Part shown: positions 10,525 through 20,369 of the stretch, one piece after another | Layout: each line of letters starts with the position of its first letter | Position numbering within the stretch: the stretch's first letter is position 1 | From: an uncultured Chloroflexia bacterium | Lineage (GTDB): Bacteria; Chloroflexota; Limnocylindria; Limnocylindrales; CSP1-4 | DNA length: 64,000 bases | Direction: 5' to 3' | Assembly: GCA_963748625.1 (NCBI GenBank) | Contig: CAVVJT010000003.1 | Span: 270,952 to 334,951 of the forward strand | Program-made: the position numbers and the translations under genes | Notes under the pieces: generated by a model | Told to the model about the DNA's origin: nothing | What the model saw: only the letters and a program-made list of their open reading frames with translations | Databases searched by the model: none

Positions 10525-10895
10525 TGAACGATCCGTTCGAGACGCTCCAGCAGTTCGACGACTTCGGTGCCTCGTCCATCTCGACGGCCTTCGCGGCGGC
10601 GATCGCACGTGGCGTGCCGGTGACGGAGGCAAGAGCGGCGATGGACGCGCTTCGTGATCCCGTGGAGCGGTCTGCGGCAGCGATCCTGGCCCCCTCGATG
10701 TCTGAGGCCGCTCGCCGTCGCCGCGCAGCGGCGCCAGTCGATGACGCGAACCCCGCCGTGGAGACGGCGCTCCGCGCATTGGCATGGGCTGCAGACGAGA
10801 TGGACCAGGAGCTCGCCTCCACCGCACAGCGGCCGACGCGCGCTGACGTGGTCGACCAGGTCCTGCCGCCCCTGCCGGAGCATCTGGAACCGTGA
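10524..10895 (+). CDS. Degenerate J-domain-like protein lacking HPD
   Basis: NDPFETL...ASSISTAF...EARAAMDALRDPVER resembles J-domain helices I, II and IV; directly upstream of grpE and hsp70. Confidence 0.55.
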   Translation: MNDPFETLQQFDDFGASSISTAFAAAIARGVPVTEARAAMDALRDPVERSAAAILAPSMSEAARRRRAAAPVDDANPAVETALRALAWAADEMDQELASTAQRPTRADVVDQVLPPLPEHLEP

Positions 10896-11311
10896 GCGCC
10901 CCTGGGATTGCCGCGGAAACTGGAGCCCTGCTGCGGGCGCTCGCGGACACGCGCGACGAGATTCGACAGAAGGAGCGCGATCACCGACGCACGACCGACG
11001 CCCTATTGCGCGAGGTCATGGACGTTGCCGACGGGGTCGAGCGCCTGCACAAGACCATGCCACCCGATCAGGCAATCGCGCTGCAGGCTGTCGTCGCACA
11101 GATCCATGAGTTGCTCGCATCCCATGAACTCGTGGCCTTCCGACCAGCAGTTGGCAGCGATGTCGACGGCCGCTCATGCGAAGTGATGGCGACAGTGGAG
11201 CGGACAGGCCTGCGGCCGGGCACGGTTACGGCAGTTATCAGGTCCGGCTACCGAGGTGGTGACCGGATTGTTCGGCGCGCAGGCGTCGAGATCGTGAAGG
11301 AGCAGGCATGA
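10892..11311 (+). CDS. grpE: GrpE-like nucleotide exchange factor
   Basis: LLREVMDVADGVER...GTVTAVIRSGYRGGDRIVRRAGVEIVK; GTGA and ATGA overlaps with neighbours. Confidence 0.85.
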   Translation: MSAPGIAAETGALLRALADTRDEIRQKERDHRRTTDALLREVMDVADGVERLHKTMPPDQAIALQAVVAQIHELLASHELVAFRPAVGSDVDGRSCEVMATVERTGLRPGTVTAVIRSGYRGGDRIVRRAGVEIVKEQA

Positions 11312-13562
11312 CGCGTGCCATCGGCATCGATCTGGGTACCACCAACTCCGTCGTCGCAACGATCTCGCGCGGCAAGCCGCAGGTCGTTCCTACCCGGAAC
11401 GATGACCGGGACTGGACTCCCTCGCTGGTGCTCCATGAGGGGGGCACGTTCACCGTCGGCCATGAAGTCGATGCGATCGCGTCAGCCCGCGCTTCCGTCG
11501 TCGCCCATTCAGTGAAGCGGCTCATCGGTCGCCGCTATCACGACGCCGAGGTCGAGCGGATGCTCGCAGACCGGCGATTCCTGTTTCCCGTCGTCGAGCA
11601 CCCCGACCACCCAGGTGAGATCGGCATCGATCTCGATGGCCTCATCCTCACGCCGGAGCAGGTGTCCGCGCAGGTACTCCGCAGCCTGAAGGCCGATGCG
11701 GAACACACGCTCGGCGAGTCCGTCGGGCACGCCGTCATCACCGTTCCGGCGTACTTCCGCGACCCGTCGATCGTCGCAACCCGGGAGGCTGGGCGGATCG
11801 CCGGACTGCGGGTGCAGCATGTGATGCCTGAACCGACGGCTGCTGCCCTCGCCTATGCGCTGGGGGACGACGACGCCATCGAGGGCGTGCGCCATGTGCT
11901 CGTGTACGACTTCGGCGGCGGAACCTTCGACGTGTCGATCCTCATGTCAGCACCAGGGGCTCCGCTCCAGGTGCTCGCAGTGGACGGGGACAACTTCCTC
12001 GGTGGTGACGACATCGACTTCGAGATCGCCATGTACTGGGACCGCGAGATGCGCACGGAGCTCGGCGTCTCGATCCTGGACGGCAGCGGCATCTCGCGCT
12101 CAGGACCGTATCCGTTGGCGGCGGTGCAGTGGACGCTGCGTGGCGTGGCGCGTGACGCGAAGGAGAAGCTCGCCGGAAGTGCCCCGTCCAAGAGCATGAC
12201 GAAGCCCGCGCTCATCCTCCGGGACGACGGAACCATGCTCAGTCCCACGTGGACCCTCACGCGTGACGTCCTCGCTCGCTTCGCGGACCCGAAGATCGAC
12301 CGGACGTTCGAGGTCGTGGAGCGAGCGCTCGCAGACGCGAAGCTCACTGCCGCCGACATTCACGATGTCGTCGTCGTGGGCGGATCGACCAAGCTGGCGG
12401 GCGTGCTCGAACGATTGCGCGCGATGTTTCCAGCCGCCGAGATCCGCAACTCGATTAGCCCAATGCTCGTGGTCGGCGTCGGGGCCGCCCAACAGACGCG
12501 CATGCTTCTTCCGTGGGCCTGCTCGGAGTGCGGACGGACGAACGATGCGACCGCGTCCCAGTGCCTGGGCTGTGGCGCGAACGGCGATCGGCCGGAGCAT
12601 GATTGCCCGGCCTGCGGGGCCATCTTCGCCACCAGCGACAACTCCTGTCCCAATCCCGCCTGCACGACGCGCATCACGCGTCCCGCGGCGCCGGTGGAAG
12701 TCCTGTCACACACACTGATGCTCAAGACGGTGGGCGGCGAGTGGCACCCCATCGTCGAACGGGGAACCCCGGTGTTCCCGTCACGGAAGCAGGCGGCAAC
12801 GCCATCTGCATGGGAGCCCTTCTCCGCCCATCGAACAGGGCAGGGTATCGAGCTGCCGGTCGGCCAGGCGGGCGATGCCGGTCGTGAGCCAACTCCCATC
12901 GCCCACTTCCGCGTCATCAACCCGCCGCCGACCTGGTGGCAGGCGACCGAGTCAATGTGAGACTCGTCCTCGGGGGCGATCGTGCCGCCGGCGCCGAGGT
13001 CGAGATCCGCGGACAGCTATACGCCACCGAGCGGGTCGACTTCGCCGATACGGAGGCAGTTGCCGGAGATGCTCAGGACGACGAGGAGGACGGCGAGGAC
13101 TCCAGCGGGCGTGCGGGCTGGTACCGCCTGCTTGCCTCAGGCGTCAACCTCCTCCCGGGTTCGTCACACAATCCGGGAGCCCAGGCGTTCGTGGAGGAGC
13201 TGCGTGAGGCGAGCGCGGAGCTCGAGCGGATTGCCGACCGCATCGAGGTGGCCGCGAGGGCTGGCGACTCGGCGGCCGTCGCGCGACTCGAACAGGAGGC
13301 AGAGGATCACATCGAGGAGAACCTGCCCATCACGCCCACCTTGGCGCTCGCCGCGGTCCTCGCGACCGTCACGGACGACCTTGACGGCCGCCGCGACCTT
13401 CAGGCTGGCCTCGAGGACGTGCGGCAGGCAATCAGCATGGGGAGCGTCGAAGACGTGAGGCTCGCGTTTTCGTCGCTCAACGACGTCATGTCGCGTGTGA
13501 AGTTCCCCGACCACGAGGTCGCGGGCGCCGATGCCAACCTCTTGGCGCGGTACCGCCAGTGA
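11308..13562 (+). CDS. Hsp70/DnaK-like protein with inserted double zinc ribbon; frameshift near 12925-12940
   Basis: GIDLGTTNS, ITVPAYF, EPTAAALAY, VYDFGGGTFDVS, LGGDDID, VVVGGSTKL; CSEC/CLGC/CPAC/CPNPAC; continues in ORF 12936..13562. Confidence 0.9.
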
Positions 13563-14566
13563 CGCATCTCGGCGCGGAGAAGGAGTTGGCGATCGGGACA
13601 CTGGACTGGCCGGTCCAGTGTCCCGTCGATCGGCGCTGGCTCACCGACGTCGAAACCTGCCCTGATTGCGGTTCGCCCTTGGGGCCGCTCCGAGCCCTCA
13701 ACGACCTCGCTGGGTCGTTGCTCGATCAGGCCGCCGCAAGCACTGATCCCGAGACGGCCGTCCACCTCGTGTCGCACGCAGCCACGCTGGTTCCCCCAAG
13801 CGAGCACTTCGAGGTTGCTGCGGCCGACGCCCTCGAACGCGCCGGACGGCCGGACCTCGCCCTCGAACGGGTTGAGGCGGCACTTCGGATCGCTCCCCGT
13901 CGCACTGACCTCCAGGAGCGGGCAGCCACCCTCCGGAACCGACCAGCGCCACGCCCCCGATCGTGGACTCCCTCCGCGCCGTGGGGCCGAATCGCGATCG
14001 CGGCCGTGATCCTCCTGGCGTTCGGAGCGGTTGGCGGCAGCGTCCTGGGTCGTTTCGCCGCCCAGCCAGCCGATCAGGGGACAGCCGCGGCGCCGACTGC
14101 GGTGGCACTCGCCTCGGCAAGCCCGGCCGTGCCGGCGGAGACGCCGTCTCCAGCCCCAACCTCGAGCGCATCGCCGGTGCCAGCCACGAGTGCGCCTCCG
14201 TCCCCCACGCCTGATCCCGCCCGAGTGGTTCGGGCCGCCCTTGCCGACACCGAGATCCTTGGAGGGGCGAGTCTGGCGGTGGAGCGCGTCGGTGACACCG
14301 TGCGGATCTCTGGCCCGGTTGCCGACAAGGCGGCACTCAGACTCCTGGAGGCCGCCGTCGCTGGGATGGGGTCCGGCATCACCGTGGATCTTGGTGGGGT
14401 GACGTACCCACAACCGCGCTACGTGTACGTCCAGCCTGGCGACACCATGTGGTCGATCGCTGCTCGTACATATGGCAGCCCGAGGCGCTGGCGTGCCATC
14501 GTCGCCGCAAACCCCAGCGTTGATCCGGCGAGGCTCCGAGTGGGCCAGAGGCTGGTTCTGCCATGA
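13559..14566 (+). CDS. Zinc-ribbon/TPR-TM-BON-LysM membrane protein
   Basis: CPVD...CPDCG; ALERVEAALRIAP; TM; P/S/T linker; BON-like VRISGPVAD; LysM YVQPGDTMWSIAARTYG...LRVGQRLVLP. Confidence 0.85.
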   Translation: MTHLGAEKELAIGTLDWPVQCPVDRRWLTDVETCPDCGSPLGPLRALNDLAGSLLDQAAASTDPETAVHLVSHAATLVPPSEHFEVAAADALERAGRPDLALERVEAALRIAPRRTDLQERAATLRNRPAPRPRSWTPSAPWGRIAIAAVILLAFGAVGGSVLGRFAAQPADQGTAAAPTAVALASASPAVPAETPSPAPTSSASPVPATSAPPSPTPDPARVVRAALADTEILGGASLAVERVGDTVRISGPVADKAALRLLEAAVAGMGSGITVDLGGVTYPQPRYVYVQPGDTMWSIAARTYGSPRRWRAIVAANPSVDPARLRVGQRLVLP

Positions 14567-15868
14567 CCCTCATCGGACGGACGTGGCGAGCCATCCCGCT
14601 GGGCATCAAGCTGGACGAGTGCCCGTCCTGCCAGACGATCGGACCCCACGCAGTTGCGCGGCGGGTGCGATGGTTCGAAGTCTTGCGACTGCAACTTGTC
14701 CGGCTTGGATCAGACCATGCGCTGATCTGCGGGAAGTGTGGACTGGAGACTCCGATCGCCGGCGATGTCGTCAAGGCTGGCCTCAAGGCCGGCACGCTGA
14801 AGATCGATCGGCAGCGACCCCTCGTTGATGCCCAGGCGCTGCAACGCTGCGGGCAAGGCGACGGCTCAGCCGCTGTCTCCCTTGGCGGGTCTGCCCCGAA
14901 GGCGGATCCGGGCGAGATCCGGGCGACCTACGACCGTCGACTTCGCGAGGTGCTACCGATCAAGGGCCCGAAGCCCACAGGCCGTGTACGCCCGCATCTG
15001 GCCTGTCTTGGCCATCATCGTCGCCGGCGTGGTGCTCGTACCGAGCGGTGCAGTGGCGATCCAGTCCGCTGGGATCGACTTGACCGCACTGTCCGCTGGC
15101 GGGGCGGCCACAAGCGGGCCCGCAGCGGTTGCCAGCTCGCCATCACCGCGTCCGACCCGTAAGCCGGTGGAGCGTCCCTTTGCGAAGCGGTTTGATGATT
15201 GGTCTCAGGTCTACTACAGGGACTCAGTCCTTCCGTGCTACACCGGAGACTCCTGCAGCCTGGACTGGAAGATCCGGTATGGCGACGGGACAGCCGTCCC
15301 TCTGGCAGTTGAGGTAGTTCGCCTCGCTGACCTATTCCGCGACAAGAACAGCGTGCAGATGGATTCAGTAGATGACTGCCGCCAGGAACACGGGTCCATG
15401 TTCACACTGCTGGCCTCGATCGCGTCTGAAGTCTCGCTGCTTCAGGCGCTCAAGCCCGGGGAGACGGTCCCCAAGACTTGGCGTCCGGCCACGCAGGTCA
15501 CCTTCGAGCCCTGCACAACAGCCCTGCCTGACTCACAGAAGGCAGTGGCGACGCTCAAGTCACTGCTCGCGGATGCCCGAGGGGAGCTGGTGAAGGCGAA
15601 GAAGCTCGTCCGGGCCAAGGACTGGTCTGGTGCCAGGGCAGCGTCCGGACGACTGACCGATCTCGCGGCGCAGATCACCCGTACCTCCGCGCGCGACTTC
15701 CCGAGCGGTGGCGGCGCCACGTGGGCACCGATCCGGACTATTGGCTGGGACCTGATGCGGGTGAGTGGCTTCCTCGAGGTCAAGCGGCTGGCGGCCGCCA
15801 AGTCGACGACGAAGCTGATGGACAGCACCATCTCTGCCATCGAGCGTGTGAAGCTGGGCGGTTCCTGA
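14563..15868 (+). CDS. Zinc-ribbon membrane protein with extracellular domain; frameshift near 14970-14985
   Basis: CPSCQ...RVRWFEV...LICGKCG in ORF 14563..15162; TM (IWPVLAIIVAGVVLV) and remainder in ORF 14825..15868; ATGA overlap. Confidence 0.7.
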
Positions 15869-15898
15869 CCCAGTTGTCGTGGCCGGTGAACAGCGGCT

Positions 15899-16063
15899 GT
15901 ATTCGTCATCGCCACGGCAGAGGTCGTGGGCGCGACGGTCGTGACCAGCGAGAGCTACGGCAAGGGCGACAAGCCGCAGATCCCCTATGTCTGTGACCAG
16001 CTCGCCGTCCCCTGGGTGGACATCTTCGAGTTCGTCCGCTTGGCGAGAGCTCCGCTCGTGTAA
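15899..16063 (+). pseudogene. C-terminal remnant of a PIN-domain (DUF4411-like) protein
   Basis: Manual translation VFVIATAEVVGATVVTSESYGKGDKPQIPYVCDQLAVPWVDIFEFVRLARAPLV*; N-terminus missing. Confidence 0.7.
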
Positions 16064-16145
16064 ACCGCTCACAGTGGTCGCAGCGCGTGAGCGACACCTT
16101 CGCAATCCATGATCGGAGGGTGCGCTGATCTGCGCGATCAGCGCG

Positions 16146-16778
16146 TTAGCCGAAAGCCCAAGTCACCAGAAGAAAGTCCTCGGGCGCGATCGTGCCCGCG
16201 GCAAAGGCGAGACGCAGCCATGCTGCCTGGGCGGTGCCGCGATCACCAGGCCCCTTCATCTCCACCAACCGCGGTCGACGCGGGCTTTGCCACGCGATGA
16301 TGTCCGGGTACCCGGACTCGCCGTGCCGGACCAGGATCGAGGCAAGTCGCGGAGGCAGGAGCGGCGGGACCGGCATCGTCGGGTTGGCCGGGGCGACCGG
16401 GACCAGCATCAGACTGCGCCAGTCATCATTCCGCTGGCCGCAGGTCGCCACCCAGCCGGCGTTCCAATCCGAGGCGAGGAACCTGCGAACCATTGCGATC
16501 TCGGCGCACGAGAGCTGTCCATCAGGCCCCGCGACCAGATTGCCCTTCTTCGCGCAGTCGTAGGCGTGGTTGTCGAGCCGCTCACCGGTGAACGGTGCAA
16601 AGGTCGTGCTGGCGGTCCAGACCTCGACGCCACCGAAGATGCCGCGCACGGGGGCCGTCAGTGGCCGGATCGCCCTAATCCATTCCAGATCCGCTGATCC
16701 AGTCACCCGCCGCCTCTCGCGCTCGCCTGGTTGACGCCAGTCCTCGTTTCCCAAGTGTCGCACCCTCTGCGGACGCAC
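16146..16778 (-). CDS. VRR-NUC (PD-(D/E)XK) nuclease
   Basis: SGYPDIIAW...LVEMKGPGDR...AQAAWL; start uncertain. Confidence 0.8.
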   Translation of the reverse strand: MRPQRVRHLGNEDWRQPGERERRRVTGSADLEWIRAIRPLTAPVRGIFGGVEVWTASTTFAPFTGERLDNHAYDCAKKGNLVAGPDGQLSCAEIAMVRRFLASDWNAGWVATCGQRNDDWRSLMLVPVAPANPTMPVPPLLPPRLASILVRHGESGYPDIIAWQSPRRPRLVEMKGPGDRGTAQAAWLRLAFAAGTIAPEDFLLVTWAFG

Positions 16779-17047
16779 GGTCCGCTGGCGAGGTCATCCG
16801 CCGGAGATCCTTGCTGCTCGCCCTCGGGTGCTCTCCCTCCCACAAGGGCTTCATTGTCCGACCGAGGTGACCGCGGTCGGTGAAGGGTTCTGTGTCCGAC
16901 TGGTCGTCTTCTCCGTCGAGCTGTGCCGCGACCGGGATTCAGGGTTGTGCCCGATCCGCCCGATCGCGCGCTCGCTACGCTCCATGCCACGACCGTTACG
17001 CCGTCCGCGGTCCAGGGACCGCAGCAGCGCCCGTAGGCGGCTGGCGG

Positions 17048-17698
17048 ATGGGTCTGACCTCGATGGCGCGGGCGTTCGTCGCGGCCCTGCGAGCCGAGAT
17101 GCGAATGCGCGGAGACTTCTTCCGCCAAACATCGGACAAACGCCCTCCGAACGGTGTTAGGACGACATGGCCCGAGATGCGGGCCGACTGTCGGAGGACA
17201 TTCGCAGTGCTCGCACTGAACCAGGACCTCGTTCGCCCCGTGCTCGGGAACGCTCGCCTCCTGCTGGCACGCCGCCGAGACGGCGACCTCATCAACGACG
17301 CCATCGCCACTGCCTCGGATGAGGCGAACCGCGCGATGGCCGTATGGGACCCGCAGAGCAAGGGCTACTGCGCCGAGACGGTCATCTTCGACATTGCGAA
17401 CCTCGCCACGAACGCGATCCACCGGATTCGGACGAAGGCCACCGGGAATGGCCCGGTCAGCTTCTCGTTCCCTGTGGACATCGGCGACTACACGTTCCGT
17501 ATGCGTGGTTCGCAGCCCCACCGTGGGGGCGACATCCTGGTCAAGATCACCAGTCGCGTCAGGGCAGAGCCGCGCGATCCTGGGATGAACGAGGTGATGG
17601 CCAATGTCGTGCGCAACGGCGGCCGGCTCGTCTTCTTCGGCCTCGACGGAGCACTCAACGAGTACGCGTGGCTCCCGATCGAAAGGCGCGAGTGGTAG
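17048..17698 (+). CDS. Hypothetical protein
   Basis: Protein-like 3' part of ORF 16880..17698, taken from ATG 17048. Confidence 0.55.
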   Translation: MGLTSMARAFVAALRAEMRMRGDFFRQTSDKRPPNGVRTTWPEMRADCRRTFAVLALNQDLVRPVLGNARLLLARRRDGDLINDAIATASDEANRAMAVWDPQSKGYCAETVIFDIANLATNAIHRIRTKATGNGPVSFSFPVDIGDYTFRMRGSQPHRGGDILVKITSRVRAEPRDPGMNEVMANVVRNGGRLVFFGLDGALNEYAWLPIERREW

Positions 17699-17868
17699 CG
17701 CTGTCACACCATAAGGCTTTCAGGGGTCCGGGTTCGCACAGGGTGTCGTCGAACTCGGACTCCTTTTCGGGGTGTCGGTCCGTCCCAGACCGGCGCCACA
17801 AGGACTACGTTCTGGCGGGTCCGAAACGAGCCTGTAACGAGCCCCACCGAGATCGGAACCGGGGCAAA

Positions 17869-18514
17869 TCACGAGACCCCGTTTTGGAGCGCCCCTTGCG
17901 CGGCCTCTTCCGCCTTCAGGAGTCGATCGAGGGTCGCGACGCCGATGCGCAGCTTCTTCGCCGCCTGACGCTTCGAGAGCCGGCCCTCGACGATCTCGAC
18001 GCGCACCTTCGGCCAGGCCTTGGCGAAGCGCGGGTCGTCGGTGACTCGCGGACGACCGATCCTGATGCCCTTTGCGGCCGCGTGCCGCATCCCTTCCTTG
18101 ACGCGCTCGCCGATCAGCTCCCGTTCCATCTCCGCGACCGCAGCCATGATGTGGAACACGAGTCGGCCGGCTGGACTCGTGGTGTCGAGCTCGGGCTGTG
18201 TCAGCACGAAGAAGCCGACACCGTGATGGTTCAGGTCCTCCAGTGTGTTGACGGCGTCGAACCACCGAGCGGAAGGCCCGGTCGAGCTTCCAGACCATCA
18301 CGACGTCGATCTTGCGCTGGCGTGCGTCCCGCAGCAGCGAGCGCCAGGCCACGCGACGGGACAGATCACCCGCCGACGCCTGGTCGACGTACTCGCTGAC
18401 GTCCCAGCCCCGCGCCGCCGCGTAGGCGCGCATCGAGTCCATCTGGACCTCGGGATCCTGGTTCTTGTCGCGGGTCGAGACACGCGCGTACAGCGCGACA
18501 CGCTGGATGGTCAC
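17869..18514 (-). CDS. Serine resolvase/invertase with C-terminal HTH; frameshift near 18260
   Basis: YARVST, VWKLDRAFRS, then DTTSPAGRLVFHIMAAVAEMERELIGERVKEG...GRP and HTH in ORF 17869..18207. Confidence 0.9.
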
Positions 18515-18647
18515 TGCTCAGATCCCCGTGCGGCCGGTGGCCCTATGAAGGTGGGCGCAACCTGCTCGAAGTCAAGTCGCACTCAGGAGGTGCCTTTCGG
18601 TTATCGCGACCAGCGGCGCTGGGAGGATCTTCCGGTAGTCCGCACGG

Positions 18648-19223
18648 CTACATCTGCGGGAAGAAGAGCCACGCGAACTCGTCGCGCACCTGGTCCTCGG
18701 TCATGGCACGGACGGTGCTACGACCCACCCATCGCGTCTCGGATAGGTCGCGCTCGAGCTGATCGACACGCTGACGGGTGTCGCTCACGATGATGGCCAT
18801 CGAGTGGTCGTCGACCACGCCCCTTTCGCCGCGCACCTCGAGAAGCACATCGACGGTCTCGGCCATGTACTTGTCTGGCACTGCTGCGTGCCTGGCCTGC
18901 GTCTCCTCGGCCTGGGCTCGAACCCAGTCAGCCACCGTCGTCCCCTCGCTCGCGGCCTCCACGATGGCCGCGGTCGCGTAGCCCTGGAACTCGGAGACCG
19001 TGACCGGGTGGTCGATAGGGCCTCCGATCACGACACGCCAGCCGAGGCGCTGGAGACGGTCGCGCATCTCGCTGATCTGTCCGGCGGATCCGAAGACGAG
19101 CCGGTCGAAGCCGATCGTGTCGTCGCCCTCGCCGTGCCTGATCGACACGAGCTCAGTCCGGTAGTCGGCGGCCTGGCTCCAGCGCCGCCCCGGATGGTCC
19201 CCTGGTGAGTCGTACACGATCAT
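18648..19223 (-). CDS. Hypothetical protein
   Basis: Protein-like part of ORF 18648..19334 from ATG 19223. Confidence 0.6.
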   Translation of the reverse strand: MIVYDSPGDHPGRRWSQAADYRTELVSIRHGEGDDTIGFDRLVFGSAGQISEMRDRLQRLGWRVVIGGPIDHPVTVSEFQGYATAAIVEAASEGTTVADWVRAQAEETQARHAAVPDKYMAETVDVLLEVRGERGVVDDHSMAIIVSDTRQRVDQLERDLSETRWVGRSTVRAMTEDQVRDEFAWLFFPQM

Positions 19224-19365
19224 CTCCACACACAAAGAGGCCGCCCTGGTGGACGGCCTCGGTGCGCGGATTGTATCGATCAGGACTGCGTAGGATCGAC
19301 CCCTTCCGGAACGCGACAGTGTGCGATCTCCCACCGTCGGATGCGCTCAGTTCATTCACGGGATC

Positions 19366-19491
19366 TTACTCGCTGACGTTCCAGCCTCGCGACGCCGCAT
19401 AAGCGCGCATCGAGTCCATCTGGACTTCTGGGTCCTGGTGCTTGTCGCGGGTGGACACCCGCGCGTACAGCGCGACACGCTGGATTGCCAC
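19366..19491 (-). pseudogene. Truncated second serine resolvase (41 aa)
   Basis: MAIQRVALYARVSTRDKHQDPEVQMDSMRAYAASRGWNVSE*; nearly identical to the N-terminus of the 18514 gene, and homology ends at the stop. Confidence 0.9.
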
Positions 19492-19937
19492 TACTCGATC
19501 TCCGCGCGTTCACGAACGAGTCCGACCGTGGCAAGCGCCATGCCAACGTCCTGGGTGTCGGCGGCCAAGATCCGCCACCGCTCCACGCCATCGCAGATCG
19601 CGAGCTGTGCCGCCGGTCCGAGGGCACGGAGCCGGGCAACCAGGGCCGGGGCGTCGATCGACCACCTCTCGGCCAAGCCGTCCTCCTGGGCGTCGTCCAC
19701 CTCCGTCCAGAGCAGATGAGCAGTCGTGGCGTCGACCCAGGTTCCACTAAGCACGTCGCAGATGGCGAACGCCTCGTCTTCGGTCAGCCGGACGCGTCGA
19801 AGCTCGGCCGCGAGCGTGGCGTGATACCGCTCGAGGTCGCGTCGGGCAACCTCCTCAAGCGATGGGGCGAGCGGACCTCGCCGGGCATCGAGCTCTGAGG
19901 TGTCGGTGAGGTGCAACTGCACGACGGACGGGGGCAT
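19491..19937 (-). CDS. Hypothetical protein coupled to the resolvase remnant
   Basis: AGGAG RBS, ATG 19937; RDLERYHATL...LLWTEVDDA...LAICDGVERW; TAGTG overlap with the resolvase start. Confidence 0.75.
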   Translation of the reverse strand: MPPSVVQLHLTDTSELDARRGPLAPSLEEVARRDLERYHATLAAELRRVRLTEDEAFAICDVLSGTWVDATTAHLLWTEVDDAQEDGLAERWSIDAPALVARLRALGPAAQLAICDGVERWRILAADTQDVGMALATVGLVRERAEIE

Positions 19938-20369
19938 CGGGATGATCTCCTGCGGTTCGGCGTGGGGGTCGGTGGTTGCGTCGTCGGCCCGCGCCGCGAT
20001 GTCGTCGTGGTGGTGCACCGGGATCTCCCTTACTCCGTCGGAAGCCGCATGGCTCCGTGCATCGATCGTCGTCAGGAGTCGCTGGAGCGCAAGGGGTCCA
20101 GGCGGGAGAATTTGTGGGCGTCGGCGGCACCGCCAGCCGGTGCGGTCCACCGTGTGGGCCGAGGGCGATCCGCGGGGGTCGTGCGCCCGACCCATGTCGC
20201 TATCCAAGCCGCAATGCGCGCCTCGGGCTCTGACGCTTGTGAGGGTCGCCGGGCAGAGGTGGCGGTCCGCATAAACAGAAGTCGAGGGGAGACTGCCGCA
20301 TCCATTGGCGAATCTGCTGGAGGGGCGGCCTGCCAGCAACCCGGCTGCGCGCGATGCGCAGAGAGGCGC

